A stretch of 64,000 nt of DNA from Mustelus asterias (GCF_964213995.1 NW_027591885.1:1-64000); one strand, 5' to 3'; shown: positions 13,093-25,865, counted from the stretch's first letter. Translations and numbers: made by a program. Notes: a model not told the origin generated them from the letters alone.

Positions 13093-13640
13093 ATGAGTTT
13101 CGCAATCACTAGTACTCTTTTGCGGCTTCAGTGAAGGTGCAGACATCATGAAACACGAGTCAGGCTACATCTTGGCCCGAAGAGAAGGCAAATCAATTAC
13201 CCACCCGTTAGAATGTACAGGCAAAGGACATCATATGAAATGATATCAGAGGAGATGTGTGCCAGGAGACTGCGCTTCAGCAAGGAAGCAATGGGATGTC
13301 GTTTTGAAATGTTGACTGAAGACCTGAAACCCAACGCTAACTGCCGCACTACCTTAACAGTGGAGATGAAAGTCACAACAACAGTGAGGATTTTGGCAGT
13401 TGTGTCCTTTCATGGCAGCAGTGACATTTGTAACATTTCAAAAATGAAAAAGATTCCTGCAACGTGTTGTTTAATGCACAACTATGGCCTTGAGCATGGA
13501 CTCATCCAGAACTTCAATTGCCGACGGAGATGGAGGAGCTGGATGAAGGTAATATGGAGCCTGATGGGGAAGCCGGAGCTCCAGGTGACGCAAGGGCAAT
13601 TCGAGATCGCCTGGCGCTACTGCTTTTGGACAATGAGCTT
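13093..13640 (+). pseudogene. Harbinger transposase (HARBI1-like nuclease) relic with internal deletion
   Basis: YRQRTSYEMISEEMCARRLRFSKE..LTVEMKVTTTVRILA..SDICNIS is fused directly to CCLMHN and an acidic tail ending ARAIRDRL; the DDE core is absent. Confidence 0.8.
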
Positions 13641-14039
13641 TTAAAATGTTTGTTTCGTATGTCCAAACAATCCCCTTCACTCCCTTGCATCCATTCCTCC
13701 CTCCATTCCCCTGACCACCTTGTCTGCAAAAAGGCAGGAACCGTTATGTTAAAGAAGAAAAATAATATTGTCCATGGTGTTAAAGTTATAAACGATAGTT
13801 TAGTGCATTTGTTTAAGTTGAGGTAGTTCAGTTAAATGTCAGCACGAATAAAGTTGTTTAATTATAAAACTATTTTGTCATTTGTTTAATATTTTTCCAT
13901 TTCACTTGACAAAATTGTACAAATTATTTATTCAAATATCAAAATGCAACATTCAAATATGAGGATACTAATTGATTAATTGAAGTAAACGAGGCGGAAA
14001 TATGAACCACAAAAGAATTGGAATAAGCAACTAAAAATG

Positions 14040-15717
14040 GAATATTCATCAGAGGAGAGGGATGCTGAGGGAGAGGTAGCAGTGTTGGAGGGTGGGCAGT
14101 GGGACCCTAATTCTTCCTGCGTCATCCCCGGGCCCTACCCCGTCCACAAGGCGTATCTCCCTGCATCCCTGATGGAGCCGGGTCCTGCCCAGTGGCAACT
14201 GCCTCTGAATGGGGTGGCTCATCCTCAGAGGGTGCAGCAGCAGGTGTCTCGACTTCATTTATGAACTCCAGACGAAACTCATTTTCCTTTCTTAGTCGCT
14301 CATTCTGCTGCACCAAACTCTGTCCCAGTATCTCATTCTGCTGCACCAAACTGTCTCAGCAATTCATTCCGCTGCACTGAACTGACTCAGTGGCAGATTC
14401 TGCTGCAACAGTCTCTTTCTCAGCAGCTCATTCTTCGACACTGAACTCTGTCTCAGCAGCTCATTCTGCTGCAACGAATGATGCTGGGTCAGTAGCTCAT
14501 TTGCAATTTGGAGCTCCGGGGGAGACATCACTCAGCGCTCAAGCCTGTCTCCTTCCAGTTTCAGCATAACCTTCAGCCAACACCATTGGAAGCTCATACA
14601 GTTTATGAATCATCATTTGCTCACTGCCATTGACTGTAAGAAGTTGAGGTTCACGAGGTGCGGAGGCTTCCATCTCCAGCAACGAATTCTCCTCACCTCC
14701 TGAAGGTTCAGGGTGTTCCTCCTCCATTACAATAGCCGTGTCATCACTGGCCTCCCCCTTCCAACCACTTGACAACCCAAAACATCAGTATCAATGTCAA
14801 ATAATTCATCAGGATGCAAGGCGTCCCCCTCATCTGGAACAGATTAAGAGCTTCACTGCTGTGATGTACCAGCTTTTCCTAATCATCACCAGATGGTGTG
14901 GCCTGATTCTCGGTCATGTTCCACTGTGTTGTCATCCTGGCATCTATGAAATTTGAAAAGAGCGCAATTATTTTACTTTCCTAACAACAGTCTTGTGTGT
15001 CTATATTTATAAATAATATATATATATGTATATACTACCTTGACCAAACCCAACATCCCAACCATCCCATAATCCGGGGTTGGAGAAACACAGCATGTCA
15101 CAAGCAAGTCCCTCCTGTTATGTGAGATGCTTCTTGCCCGCCTCCAGTCAGTGAACGCTCTCAGGAATATGTGACTTTTTTGCCTTCAGAAATCAATTCG
15201 AATGTCATTTAAAATCTTGCTATCAACTTGTAGGTCAGTGACAGCTAAAGCCAGTAAGCCGCGGGGCCATGTTCGCAAGCTGCAATGTTTGGAACGAGAC
15301 TGTACTGCTTACACAGCTTCAGATATCATCACTGTTTTTCAATTTTACGATTCTGATGCAAATCTGTGAGGAGACAGAGCTATTGACCATACCCAAAGCA
15401 GACTAAAATCCTGATTTTGAGAACGATTTTGTTTCTGTTATAGATTTTCATCAAAACATCTTGCATAACCTGTTTGAACGCATCCAATTGTTACGTTTCT
15501 TGCGACACTAATCCGCGGTCCTCGACACTTCACTATCTGCATACACCAAGGTTGCAATTTCCTTCCAAGCCACAGCTTAAATTTTCGTTGTTGACTTTGA
15601 TTTTCCATTGCCCAAAATTTGAACATTCCTCTGTTCCACTTCATGCATTAAGTTTTCGAAATCATGGTCAGAGAAATTCTGAGTTCTCTTTTTCCCAGGG
15701 AACGTTTCAGTGGCCAT
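14040..15717 (-). pseudogene. Harbinger Myb/SANT-like (trihelix) DNA-binding partner gene relic, multi-exon
   Basis: From ATG at 15717: MATETFPGKKRTQNFSDHDFENLMHEVEQRNVQILG..KI*AVAWKEIATLVYADSEVSRTAD*CRKKRNNWMR, then a GT donor at about 15469. Acidic and coiled-coil coding remnants at 14040-14780. Convergent with the nuclease gene. Confidence 0.8.
14300..14505 (-). repeat. About 33-bp coding tandem repeat (about 7 copies) in the Harbinger Myb gene
   Basis: cattctgctgcaccaaactctgtcccagtatct units; the minus strand reads as NE(I/L)L(G/R)QSLVQQ-like 11-mers. Confidence 0.75.
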
Positions 15718-15802
15718 ATTGTAAATTAAATCACACAAACACTTACAAGCATGCCACGCATATTATAAAGTTACATAAGAATAATAATACAATGCAGACT
15801 TT

Positions 15803-16260
15803 GGGCGACACGGTGGCACAGTGTTTAGCACTGCTGCCTCACAGCCCGGGTGACCCGGCTTCATTTGTGGCCTTGGGTCACTGTCTGTGTGGAGTTTGGA
15901 TGTTGGCCCCGTGTCTGTGTGGGATTCCTCCGAGTACTCCAGTTTCCTCCCACACTCCAAAATGTGCGGGTTAGATTATTTGGCCATGCAAAACTGCCGC
16001 TTGCTGTCAGGGGATTAGCAACATAAATTCATGAGGTTCCAGGGATAGGGCCTGGGTGGGATTGTTGTCGATGGCTGCTCGATGGGCTGAATGGCCTCCT
16101 TCTGCACTGTCGAGATTTTATGGATGGGATGTTCCGGCCGTGTTTGCTCCAAAACAGGAAAGTCCCGCCTGAGGTCAATGGACCTCTCCATGGTCCACCT
16201 TTCACATGTTACGTTTCCCATGGCGGGTGGATGGGAAAATTCACCCATCCTATGACTCTA
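15803..16260 (+). mobile_element. HE1 SINE (tail interrupted by a MITE)
   Basis: gggcgacacggtggcacagtg..ttagcactgctgcctcacagc head; CR1-like tail gggctgaatggcctccttctgcactgt..tatgactcta. Confidence 0.9.
16122..16250. mobile_element. 129-bp MITE, probably PIF/Harbinger-type
   Basis: Ends ggatggg / cccatcc; 3-bp duplication TAT at 16119-16121 and 16251-16253; related copy at about 50280-50395. Confidence 0.7.
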
Positions 16261-16664
16261 AATCGTAGTTTCACAAATTTGGAGCAAATTAAACATTTGT
16301 TTATTTATACAATTTTAATTATACACAAGTTCAGTAATTAAAATGAATTTGAAAATGACAGTTTGAGTGAACCAATAAGTATTAACTACTTAAAAACAGC
16401 AAAAACAATGAAAAACAAAACCAAATACATACCTTGGGGTCCCTTTGCCAATGCAAAACTGCCTTTTGGAACCTGGAGCTCAATGGGCGTCCCCAGGATT
16501 GCCGCGTCGCCAGGGGGCGTGGTTTGCAATCTCCTGCGACGCGCAAAGGGCTGGTGAGACGGCTTCGCTGTGGGTCCGAGGCGGCTGCAGTCCTCAGTAG
16601 CTTCGGCGGAACAGGTAAGGAAATGTAAACATGCAATTGTTTTCTTCTCGTTCTGGCGCAACAT

Positions 16665-17825
16665 GCCTTTGACAAGGTACCACATGGTAGGTTGTACATC
16701 AGGTTAAATCTCACGGGATCCAGGCGGTAGCCAAATGAATACAAAATTCGCTGCTGACAGAAGACAGGGTGCTTGTAGAGGGTTGTTTTGCAAAATGGAG
16801 GCCAGTGACAAGCGGTGCGTCTCAGGGATTGGTGCTGGGTCCACTGTTATTTATCATTTATGTTAATGATTTGGATGAGAATATAGGAGGCATAGTTAGG
16901 AAATTTGCAGATGACACCAAGATTGGTGGCATAGTGGACAGTGTAGAAGGTTATCTCGGATTGCAACGGGATCTGGATCAATTGGGCCTGTAGGCTGACA
17001 AATGGCAAATGGAGTTCGATTTGGATAAATGCGAGGTGATGCATTGTGGTCGTTTGAACTAGGGCAGGACTTATTCACTTTATGGTACGGCGTTGGGGAC
17101 AGGTATAGAAGAAAGAGATCGAGAGGTTCAGGTTCATAGCTCCTTGAATTTGGCGTCACAGGTGAACAGACTGGTGAAGAAGGCATTTGGCATGCTTGGT
17201 TTCATTAGTCAGAACATTGAATGCAGGAGTTGGGACGTCTTGTTGAAGTTGTACAGGACATTGATAAGGCCACAGGTGGAATACTATGTACAGTTCTGGT
17301 CACCCTATTATTGATAGAATATTATTAAACTCGAAAGATTGCAGATAGAAATGCTAGGATGCTACCAGGACATGATGGTTTGAGTTATAAGGAGAGGCTT
17401 GATAGACTGGCACTTTTTTCTCTGGAGCAATAGAGGCTGAGGGGCTGATCTGATAGAGATCAATAAAATAATGAGGGACATCGATCATCTTGATAGTCAA
17501 TGTCTTTTCCCAAAGGTTGGGGAGTATAAAACTAGAGGGCATAGGTTTATTGTGAGAGGGAAGAGATACAAAAGAGTCCAGAGGGGCACTTTTGTCGCAG
17601 GGGGTGGTGAGTAACTGGGACAATCTGCCAAAGGTAGTGATAAAGGCGGGTACAATTATGTATTTATAAAAAAGACATGTTGACAGTTGCATGGGTATGA
17701 TGGATATCGAGGGATATGGGTCATACACGGGCAATTGGGACTAGCTTAATGGGAGAAACAGCGGCATGAGAAGTTGGGCTGAAGGGCCTGTTTCCAACCT
17801 GTAAACCGCTGCGACTCTATGACGC
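16665..17825 (+). mobile_element. CR1 LINE RT and 3' end, degenerate
   Basis: AFDKVPH, SGASQGLVLGPLLF, KFADDTK and RPQVEYYVQFWSP; tail gaagggcctgtttcc..gactctatga. Confidence 0.92.
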
Positions 17826-18400
17826 TATTGCAATTTTACAGGGCCTTGTTGAGATCACAACTGCTGTACTACGTGCAGCTTTGGTCTCTCTACCTAGGAA
17901 ATGCTATACTTGTTATTGAGGGACTGCATCAGAGGTTCACTAATCTGCTGCTAGGTTTGGCGGAATAGTCCTATGAGAGGAGACTGTTTCGACTGTGTCT
18001 TTGTTCGCGCTAGTTCTGAAAGGTGAGAAGAGATTTAATTGACTGTACTAGACAGACTAGATGCAGGGTGGATGTTTTCCCTGGTTATGGAAACTAGTCC
18101 CAGGCCACGAAATATCAGGATATGGGATTGAACATTTCGGACTGGGATGAGAAAAGAAAATCACTCATAGGGTAGTGATCCATGGGAATTCTGTACCACA
18201 GAGGGCTGTGGAGGCCATGTCAATTAATGCATACAATAAAATATAGTTCCTTATTTAGATTTTAATTTCACCGAGGTACCTGAGGGCTGAGGCATATATG
18301 ACACTAAGATCGAGGGTCAACAATAAATCATATTGAATGGCAGAGCAGACTCGAAGTGCCGAAGACCTACTCGAAGATTCGATATTTCTCTCTCATTCTT
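17826..18400 (+). mobile_element. Older CR1 3' fragment of a different subfamily
   Basis: gtactacgtgcagctttggtctc, tcctatgagaggagact and attgaatggcagagcagactcgaag. Confidence 0.7.
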
Positions 18401-18654
18401 GACTATGTTCCATAGTGACTCCAGCCACTTGTCCATATGCAAAACGTAAAATTTGAGATACTGCAGCTGGAGACACTTCCTAAACAGATGGTGCCACTTG
18501 CCTCCAGAAGTGTCACTGACTTAATAAATGGCATGGAAGGTGCTTTTGAAGTGACAGAGCTACCGGCGATGAGTTTCCCTTCAATTACTGCCTACAGTGT
18601 GTTTGTGAGATCTTGAGCGAAACGTTACATTTAGTTTTGCGCCTATCTTAGTGT

Positions 18655-19145
18655 TTCAATTAACAGTAAGTTTAGTATTCGGATTACTGTTAGGCATAGG
18701 ATCAGTGTTACACTTGCCATGACTGTGAGGGGTGCAGTTTGCGATGAAGTTAGCATTAGGTTTATGGTTGAGTCCAGGGTATGTTTTGGACCTTCCTTCC
18801 TTTTTTGGAAATTATTTTTATGTTTACACTGAGAGACAGGCTTCAATTTTGTTTTAGTGTTAGTGTTTGCGTTCCATTAGGTTTCTGGTGAAGATTAGTA
18901 TTTGTGTTAATGAGCTATGTTTAGGATTGGATTCATGGTTAGAATGGAATTTCGACATCAGAGATGGTTCAGATCATAAAGTGTGAATTTCAGCTCTGGT
19001 AATTGCGTTGCCATTTACTTGTGGGTCGTCTGCCTTTTCTAGTTAGGAATAGAGTTACACGAAAGATTACAGTGGATTTTGAGTTAAGCTTAGGTTCAGT
19101 TTTGCGTTTGGGTTTTGTTTACGTTTCAGTTATGCTTTAGGTGAG
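18655..19145. repeat. Degenerate hexamer-period satellite resembling (GTTAGG)n
   Basis: gtttagtattcggatt, gttagcattaggtttatggttgag, gttttagtgttagtgttt and gttaagcttaggttcagttttgcgtttggg. Confidence 0.5.
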
Positions 19146-19185
19146 AATATATTTATGGCAGATGATAAGAAAGATAAAGACAATT

Positions 19186-19389
19186 NNNNNNNNNNNNNNN
19201 NNNNNNNNNNNNNNNNNNNNNNNNNNNNNNNNNNNNNNNNNNNNNNNNNNNNNNNNNNNNNNNNNNNNNNNNNNNNNNNNNNNNNNNNNNNNNNNNNNNN
19301 NNNNNNNNNNNNNNNNNNNNNNNNNNNNNNNNNNNNNNNNNNNNNNNNNNNNNNNNNNNNNNNNNNNNNNNNNNNNNNNNNNNNNNNNN
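19186..19389. other. Assembly gap (204 N)
   Basis: N run. Confidence 1.
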
Positions 19390-21526
19390 AGCCAAATTCT
19401 ACATGGAGTTCGAAAATGAAGCCATCTCCTTAATACTTGGGCAATGATTAATTCGGGCCTGGGAAAAAGGATATAATCAGCAGTTCACAAATCGTTGTGG
19501 GTGTTAGAAGACAGTTGGAGTGGGTGCAATACAAGTTTGTGCATTTTGTAAAAAGGATGCATTATATGACTGGGAGCCAAATTTGGTCAGGCAAAGGTTA
19601 ACCCGCGCTTGATCACAGTAATCTTCATTACATAGAGGTAGAGATGGCTGACGTGAAGGAGGTGGAAATTGTCCACTTCATGATTTCCAGGTTTTGCGAT
19701 GAAATGCGCTGGGAGGGCAACGGGAGTTTTCTTTGCAGGTGATATCTTACTTTGAATTCTTTAATAAAAAACAGGAGTAAACTGTCTCAACTATTGGAGA
19801 AATGAAGAATGAAGACGGTGTAGTTAAATATTCCAAGGAGTGGGGACAGGAGGAGAAGGAATAACGAGTAGCACTCACCCTTCGGCATGAAGGATGCAAC
19901 TTCCGACTGTGATAAGAACCGCTCTGACATTGTGGTAAGGCAGCAATCTGATGGGCGAGACTCAAAGACAAAGTTCAGGGAAACACAAGAACCAACTTCG
20001 AAGGAGAAAACATGATCAAAGACTCTGGAGATGGAAGTGGCGATGAGGTTGGATGATAGTTTGCAAGGTCAAAGGAGACCTATTTGTTTGTGTTACTGCA
20101 AAATTGTGTGAGATATAAAAAATAAACCCGAGGAGAGAAGACATTAGCTGATATTGCAAAACGAAAGATAATCGGCCCCATCCATTCCATTTGCCATCCA
20201 CTTGAGGCGTTGGTCAGCCCTGCAGTATTCCCTCTCCCTGGTCCCTTTCTCCTCGCTTAAGTACTCTGGTTAGGTTTTTCCACAATGAAAACCATGCTGC
20301 CAATAATTGTATGCCTTGGAGGGAGCAGATGGAAGGAAGGGAGAGGGAAGAAGGGAGTGAGAGCGAGAGAGAGAGATAAAGAGCGACTGCACTGACCATG
20401 TAGAAGGAGTGGACGAGAAACAGACATAAATAAAGTGTGTCAAAGAAAATGTAATACTCAGGCAGATATACTATTTTAGATCATTGCTGATTATCTTTCT
20501 GAACAGGTGTAAGACAATGATATTTGGACGAATGGAAGTGGAGGCGACACTGTGGATGATTTTATTTCATATCCTGTATACTGAAGAAGAGCGATCACAA
20601 TCCTAATATTCCCTTCTATCGCACCAATCGCAGCCAGCCTCCTCTCCCCTTTCTGACCGCTGCTGGTATTTGGCGAACCATTTCGATTCAGCTAATTGTT
20701 GGAGACTAGTGGGTAAATATTCAAAAGATGAACTGACAACACTGGGAGTCACAACGGAAATCTTTGCAGATATTTTGTTTATTAATCCGATGTGTATTTA
20801 ATCTATACAGAATTTTCGTCACGCTGTTCAAATGCCCTCTGAACGTGGCCCGAATCATCCCAAAATAATTGTGTTCACAAACAATTTATATTTTGCATCA
20901 TACTGAAACCTTTTCCAAATCTAAATTCTGAACAGCTGAAATGTATGGATTTGTTCCTACAATTTTATCAAATAAGAATGATATCCCAGCCTGCCTCTTT
21001 CTCTCTCTCTCCATGAGAACAATCATTCTGAACCTCATTTGACAGTTTTCACCTTTCACTGTCTGCGTTTTAATTTAATGAAAGGCCCCACTGCTCCTTA
21101 AGAAAACTGAGGGCATATAATTTTCCATTTCTGCCCCCATCTATCGGCTCAGATGCACTCTCATGCTTGAATCTGACAGTCATGTTTCTTGGCTGATGTA
21201 ATTTTCGTCACTGGCTTCAGCATTTCTGGGAACGTCAACAAAAACAGTAGGAAAATACAATGCTTTTCTGTTTCACGCTTTATATTTTACCCTGGTCATC
21301 TTTCTATATCTTCAGCACATGCGATCGACAACTATTTCAACTCATGTCTATGGGACTTCCAGTGGCCAAACATTAACACATCAAAGACACTATCAAAACT
21401 AACCTGCTAAGCCCTTCAGAGAGAGAGAGTACAGAATCCGATCTAATTTCACCACTAGCACAGTGAAAATCCATTTGACGATTTTCAAAGCATTGGATTC
21501 CTCTGTCGGAGGGGCATCGTCGTGTG

Positions 21527-22428
21527 TTATGTTTTTGCTAATTTAGAAATAAGTGTGAAGGGATATTTCACCATATTATTTATCTGTGCTCTGAATTTAG
21601 TCTGTGTCACGGCATAAATACAGGTGTTTGTGCAGCAACTCAGGAGCTGCAGCATATATCCGATGAGCAGTACATAATATGGGATGTAAACACGCATATG
21701 TCCTACATAATAAATGCGATACCATATAAAATAAATCATATACACTGCCCATAACAGGATAAAATTACCAGAAATAGAAAAGAGTAAAATTATTGATTTC
21801 CTTCTGCTCTCCATCTCTTGGTCTCGGGAGCTGTCCCTATGGCTCTGAAGGCAAAGTCTCCTTCTTGCTCTGCTGGCTGCTAAAATGCTTCTGACGGTTA
21901 AAACATTTAGAAGCAGAATGAGAAAAAATGGCAACCCCGGCGTGAGAAGATAATGGATGATCTCAATTGTCGACCATATTATTGAATAGCTGACATCTCG
22001 ATAGGCATGGCAAAGCCAGGGACCGAGATTCAATGAATATTCATCCAATAACATGAAGTACCAGAATATATTTTTCAAACAGCACAGCACAGTCAATGTT
22101 CCCAGAATCACAGCAGCATTTCTCTCAGTGCAATAGTTGGTTTTCAGCTTGGGGCAGCAAATGGCAACATGTCGATCAAAGGTGAATGCGACAGTGAACC
22201 AGACGGAACAATCAGTTGCTGCATAAAGCAACACGGCGTGGATGTTACACACGGGAATGGATCTCAAGAAAAAGAACTCTCTCCAATACAGAATCGGTAT
22301 CTGCCTCCATACCAGATCCAGAATAACAACCAATAGATCGGCTGTTGCCATTGCGACAAGATAGCGAGTCACACTTTTGGAAAGGCCACATTTACCACGA
22401 GATAGAATCACAATTGTGATTAAGTTAA
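21527..22428 (-). CDS. GPCR gene B exon 2 (GPR139/GPR142-like)
   Basis: Acceptor cctatctctcAG at 22430-22429, phase 1 (g|TT AAC TTA = VNL). GKCGLSKSVTRYLVAMATADL, VCNIHAVLLYAATDCSVWFTVAFTFDRHVAIC, DQEMESRRKSIILL and LQLLSCCTNTCIYAVTQTKFR; TAA at 21529-21527. Confidence 0.92.
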
Positions 22429-22531
22429 CTGAGAGATAGGACAAAAGGGCAATAATACATATTAGCATCTTTAAAAAAAACTGATACATTGATGAAACTT
22501 CAATTGAATGTATTACTATCACACTCATGCA

Positions 22532-23312
22532 ATCATCAGGTGAGTGGAGGTAGATTCACAACTACTGCATATATAGGCAAATACACAATTGCAAGATAAT
22601 TGCAACTGGGAATGTGAACAATGGTTGGAATGCGATTCTTTACAGGGAATAATCATCACAGTGAGAACACCACTTCCCAGGTACACGGTACACACTCATG
22701 CAATGCAGCCAACATTGTCTACCTCATACGTTCCAGGAAAGATTATCCAGAGGTGTGGCACCAGCGAAACCATGCAGAGGGATAGAAGCCACGCGACAAT
22801 CGCCAGGCAGGAGTGTTCCCTTCCAGTCGGGGAACGCTTCAGTGTTCAAGGACATTCTGCCTCTGGTCTTTGGGTAAGCATCATCCAAGGCGGCTTTCAA
22901 GACGCACAACAAAGCAGACTTGCAGAGCAGAAACTGATAGACAAGTTCTGCATGCATAAGGATGGCCTCAGGCGGGATCTTTGGCTCATGCAACACTGCA
23001 TGTAACCCCACCATTCCTGGATTTGCAATATCCTACAACTGTCCTGGCTTGAAACAATTGACACCTTTTTAACCTATGATTATCCCTCTGTCCATTCACA
23101 CTGCTTGTACCTGTAAAGAGCTGAATACATGTAAAGACTCACATTCCAGCAATTTTTCACATTCCAAACTGTACTTATCTTGCAATTGTGTCGTTCCCTG
23201 CGTATGTCGTGTTTGTGAACCTATTTACACTCACCTGATGAACAAAACGCTCTCCAAAAGCACGTGATTCCAAATAAACTTCCTGGACTTGCACATTGTG
23301 AGACTTCTTACT
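22532..23312 (+). mobile_element. Penelope-like element: inverted terminal piece, GIY-YIG C-terminal relic and terminal repeat
   Basis: 22532-22660 is the reverse complement of the element's 3' repeat. It is followed by ANIVYLI.., SLPVGERFSVQGHSAS..AEQKLIDKF and a degenerate ctgatga..ccaaataaac end. Confidence 0.85.
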
Positions 23313-25459
23313 GTTACCTCAGTCAAGCAGATTAGGGGAAGCACATTCCAACATACAGAAAACGCTATTCATATGAGGATGTTAGAATAGGTTCCTAATG
23401 TTCATGGTTACCAGCCATTTTCATTTTGTGCACAGTCAAACATTGTCGCAATTATTTAGGAAGCATCCCTTGCACAGTGTTGTATGCACGATGTTGTTGC
23501 ATGAGGTATATCTTAAATTTCATATTTTTTTCGTGTAATTTCTTTCATATCATCCATGCATGCAATTTCATATAAGTCTGAATAATTAGTTTAACATTAG
23601 CTTCCATTCACTGCACTGCTGCAAAATAAACAGTTGACTGCTCCAAGAATTTTCTCTTTTTATTTAAGACCTACAATATCGTGGAATTCGGTTGATCATT
23701 AATACATTCATTGTGCAAATCACCCTCGGTTCCAACTGTTGACAATTATCCAATGACTCTTCGTCAATGGGTGAATTGACACCGATCAGTCTCCCAATCG
23801 ATTCTCCATGATGGAGCTTTGCAAAGTGGAGATTGACCCTGAATCCCTCTCCCAATTATTATGAATTTCTAATTGGGTTCATTTGACGAAGCGACTCAGG
23901 TCAAAACTCTGAACGATAAGCTATTACGAAGTGTGTCGGTGGAGAAGTCGCCATAAATTCCTGCTCCCAAACATTTCACGAAGACGTGGAAGTCGGGCGC
24001 AAATCTGCTCTTGATCATACGGAGTGACACTTGATTAGCATGGAACGCTTGTTCTTCAACCTCACATTGCACTATTTCTCCCAGTTCGGACTGGGGAGTG
24101 AGGCCAGTTTCCAGTTATTGCTAATCACGTCGCCATCCACAGTCAGAAGGGGGAAAACATTTTTAAGCTTTGCGGACACACTGTCATGTTCAGAGGCTCG
24201 GACTGCGATTCAGGTTCTTATCTTCAGTCATTGAAATGAAATTCTTCACATTGCCCTCGGAGAGTGCATTATCATAAGGTAACAGCCCAGATTTCTGCGC
24301 CTGATCTTTATGCATTGTGGAAGGCATGCATTCTTATTCGTGATCATCAGCAGGTGATGTGGTGGTAGTTTGAGGGTATTCATTTCATACTCCTGCATCT
24401 TAATCTTTTCCTGTGTCACTTCTGTGGCATTATTCCGATTTCGAGTCAATATGTACATATATTGGCCAGTGAATTAAATAAAAACACTATCCAACTAATT
24501 TCGAATAAATCCCCAATTGGAAAAACAAATAGGAAGTGAATTATGTCCAGAGTTTAGCTGTTAGTCCTTGGTCGGACTCTGCACTGACAAATACATTTTT
24601 CCGGTGTTTGGTTCATGTGGGTTGATGGAATCAGAACAGTATAACTCAAATTCCAGCATTGAAAAAAAGAGTTTCATAAACCATCAGCAATAGACAACAT
24701 TGCCGGCCAATATCAAAAAGAATGTCAAGTCCAACACATCTGTGGAAGCTATTGGCGAATGGAATAGCGCAACCGAATTGTGTCTGGGGCAACGTCATGT
24801 CTGATGGATATTGCGAATAGCAGAATACCCCACTGGACCAGAACAGAGCAGAAGATCACCCTTGAAAATGAGAGAAGTAACTTTGAAAGCATATTAAAAT
24901 GACGAACTGATGACATTTTGCTTCTTAAGATTTTCTTCATTTTGCGATCAATTGAGTGCAAATAGTATTGTGAAATATTTAGTTCGCCGAACATTCTGTC
25001 AATAAGGCGAAATGGATGTTCAACTTTCAGTTGAAATACTTGTAGTAATGGTGATGAATAATTTTGTGGTCCTCCATTGCGATGTCGTTGTCCCAATGGT
25101 GACAAGAGAATAGACTTCCAATGGGTGCAGATGGCCGACATCTACAATGCATGAGTGAAGTCGAACATCACAGGTACTCTCGCAAAAGTGTAATGGTGAA
25201 AGCACAGAAGTGACTCGTTGGCCCATCGAAGATGCTGATTGATAACTGAAGGGAAATTCATGGAATTCCACTATGCAGTTCCTTCGTAAATTCCCTATTT
25301 TCCTACTTCAGGCTTTTCTCTAAATTCCACGTGCGATCTCATTTCAAATGCCTGTCTGTTGCTCTGCATATGTCATGCAAAGTTGTTGCCTTATTTTTTG
25401 GCACATTTGTTTCTTTCGTCAATTAAATTAAACCCATTTCTTCTAGGTCTCCTTCTTTC

Positions 25460-25865
25460 ATGATGTGGAGGTGCCGGCGTTGGACTGGGGTAAACACAGT
25501 AAGGAGTCTAACAACACCAGGTTAAAGTCCAACAGGTTTATTTGGGAGCAAACGACACTAGCTTTCGGAGCGCTGCTCCTTCGTCTGGTGAGTGGGAGAT
25601 CTGCTCACAAACAGCAAACAGGGCAGAGAAAGACACAAACTCAATTTACAGAATAATGAATAATGATTGGAATACGAGTCTTTACAGCTAATCAAGTCTT
25701 AAAGGTACAGACATTGTGAGTGGAGAGAGCATTAAGCACAGGTTAAAGAGATGTGTATTGTCTCCAGACAGGACAGCCAGTGAGATTTTGCACATCCAGG
25801 CAGGTTGTGGGGGTTACAGATAGTGTGACATGAACCCAAGATCCCGGTTGAGGCCGTCCTCATGC
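25460..25865 (-). mobile_element. Penelope-like terminal repeat (3' end) with mutated hammerhead core
   Basis: gatgtggaggtgccggcgttggactgggg..ccaggttaaagtccaacaggtttatttgg..gctttcggagcgctgctccttcgtctggtg..cccggttgaggccgtcctcatg. Confidence 0.88.

Noticed and set aside
13213-13644. Host HARBI1 gene
   Set aside because: The catalytic core is deleted and it is paired with a disabled transposon Myb gene.
22429-22528. ORF-track N-terminus of the 333-aa GPCR ORF
   Set aside because: It lies upstream of a canonical acceptor; the true TM1 start is in the exon at 38598-38694.
19440-25300. Faint LINE-like relics at 19440-20230, 23640-24450 and 24700-25300 (also 63000-63900)
   Set aside because: Too decayed to assign a family or boundaries by eye.
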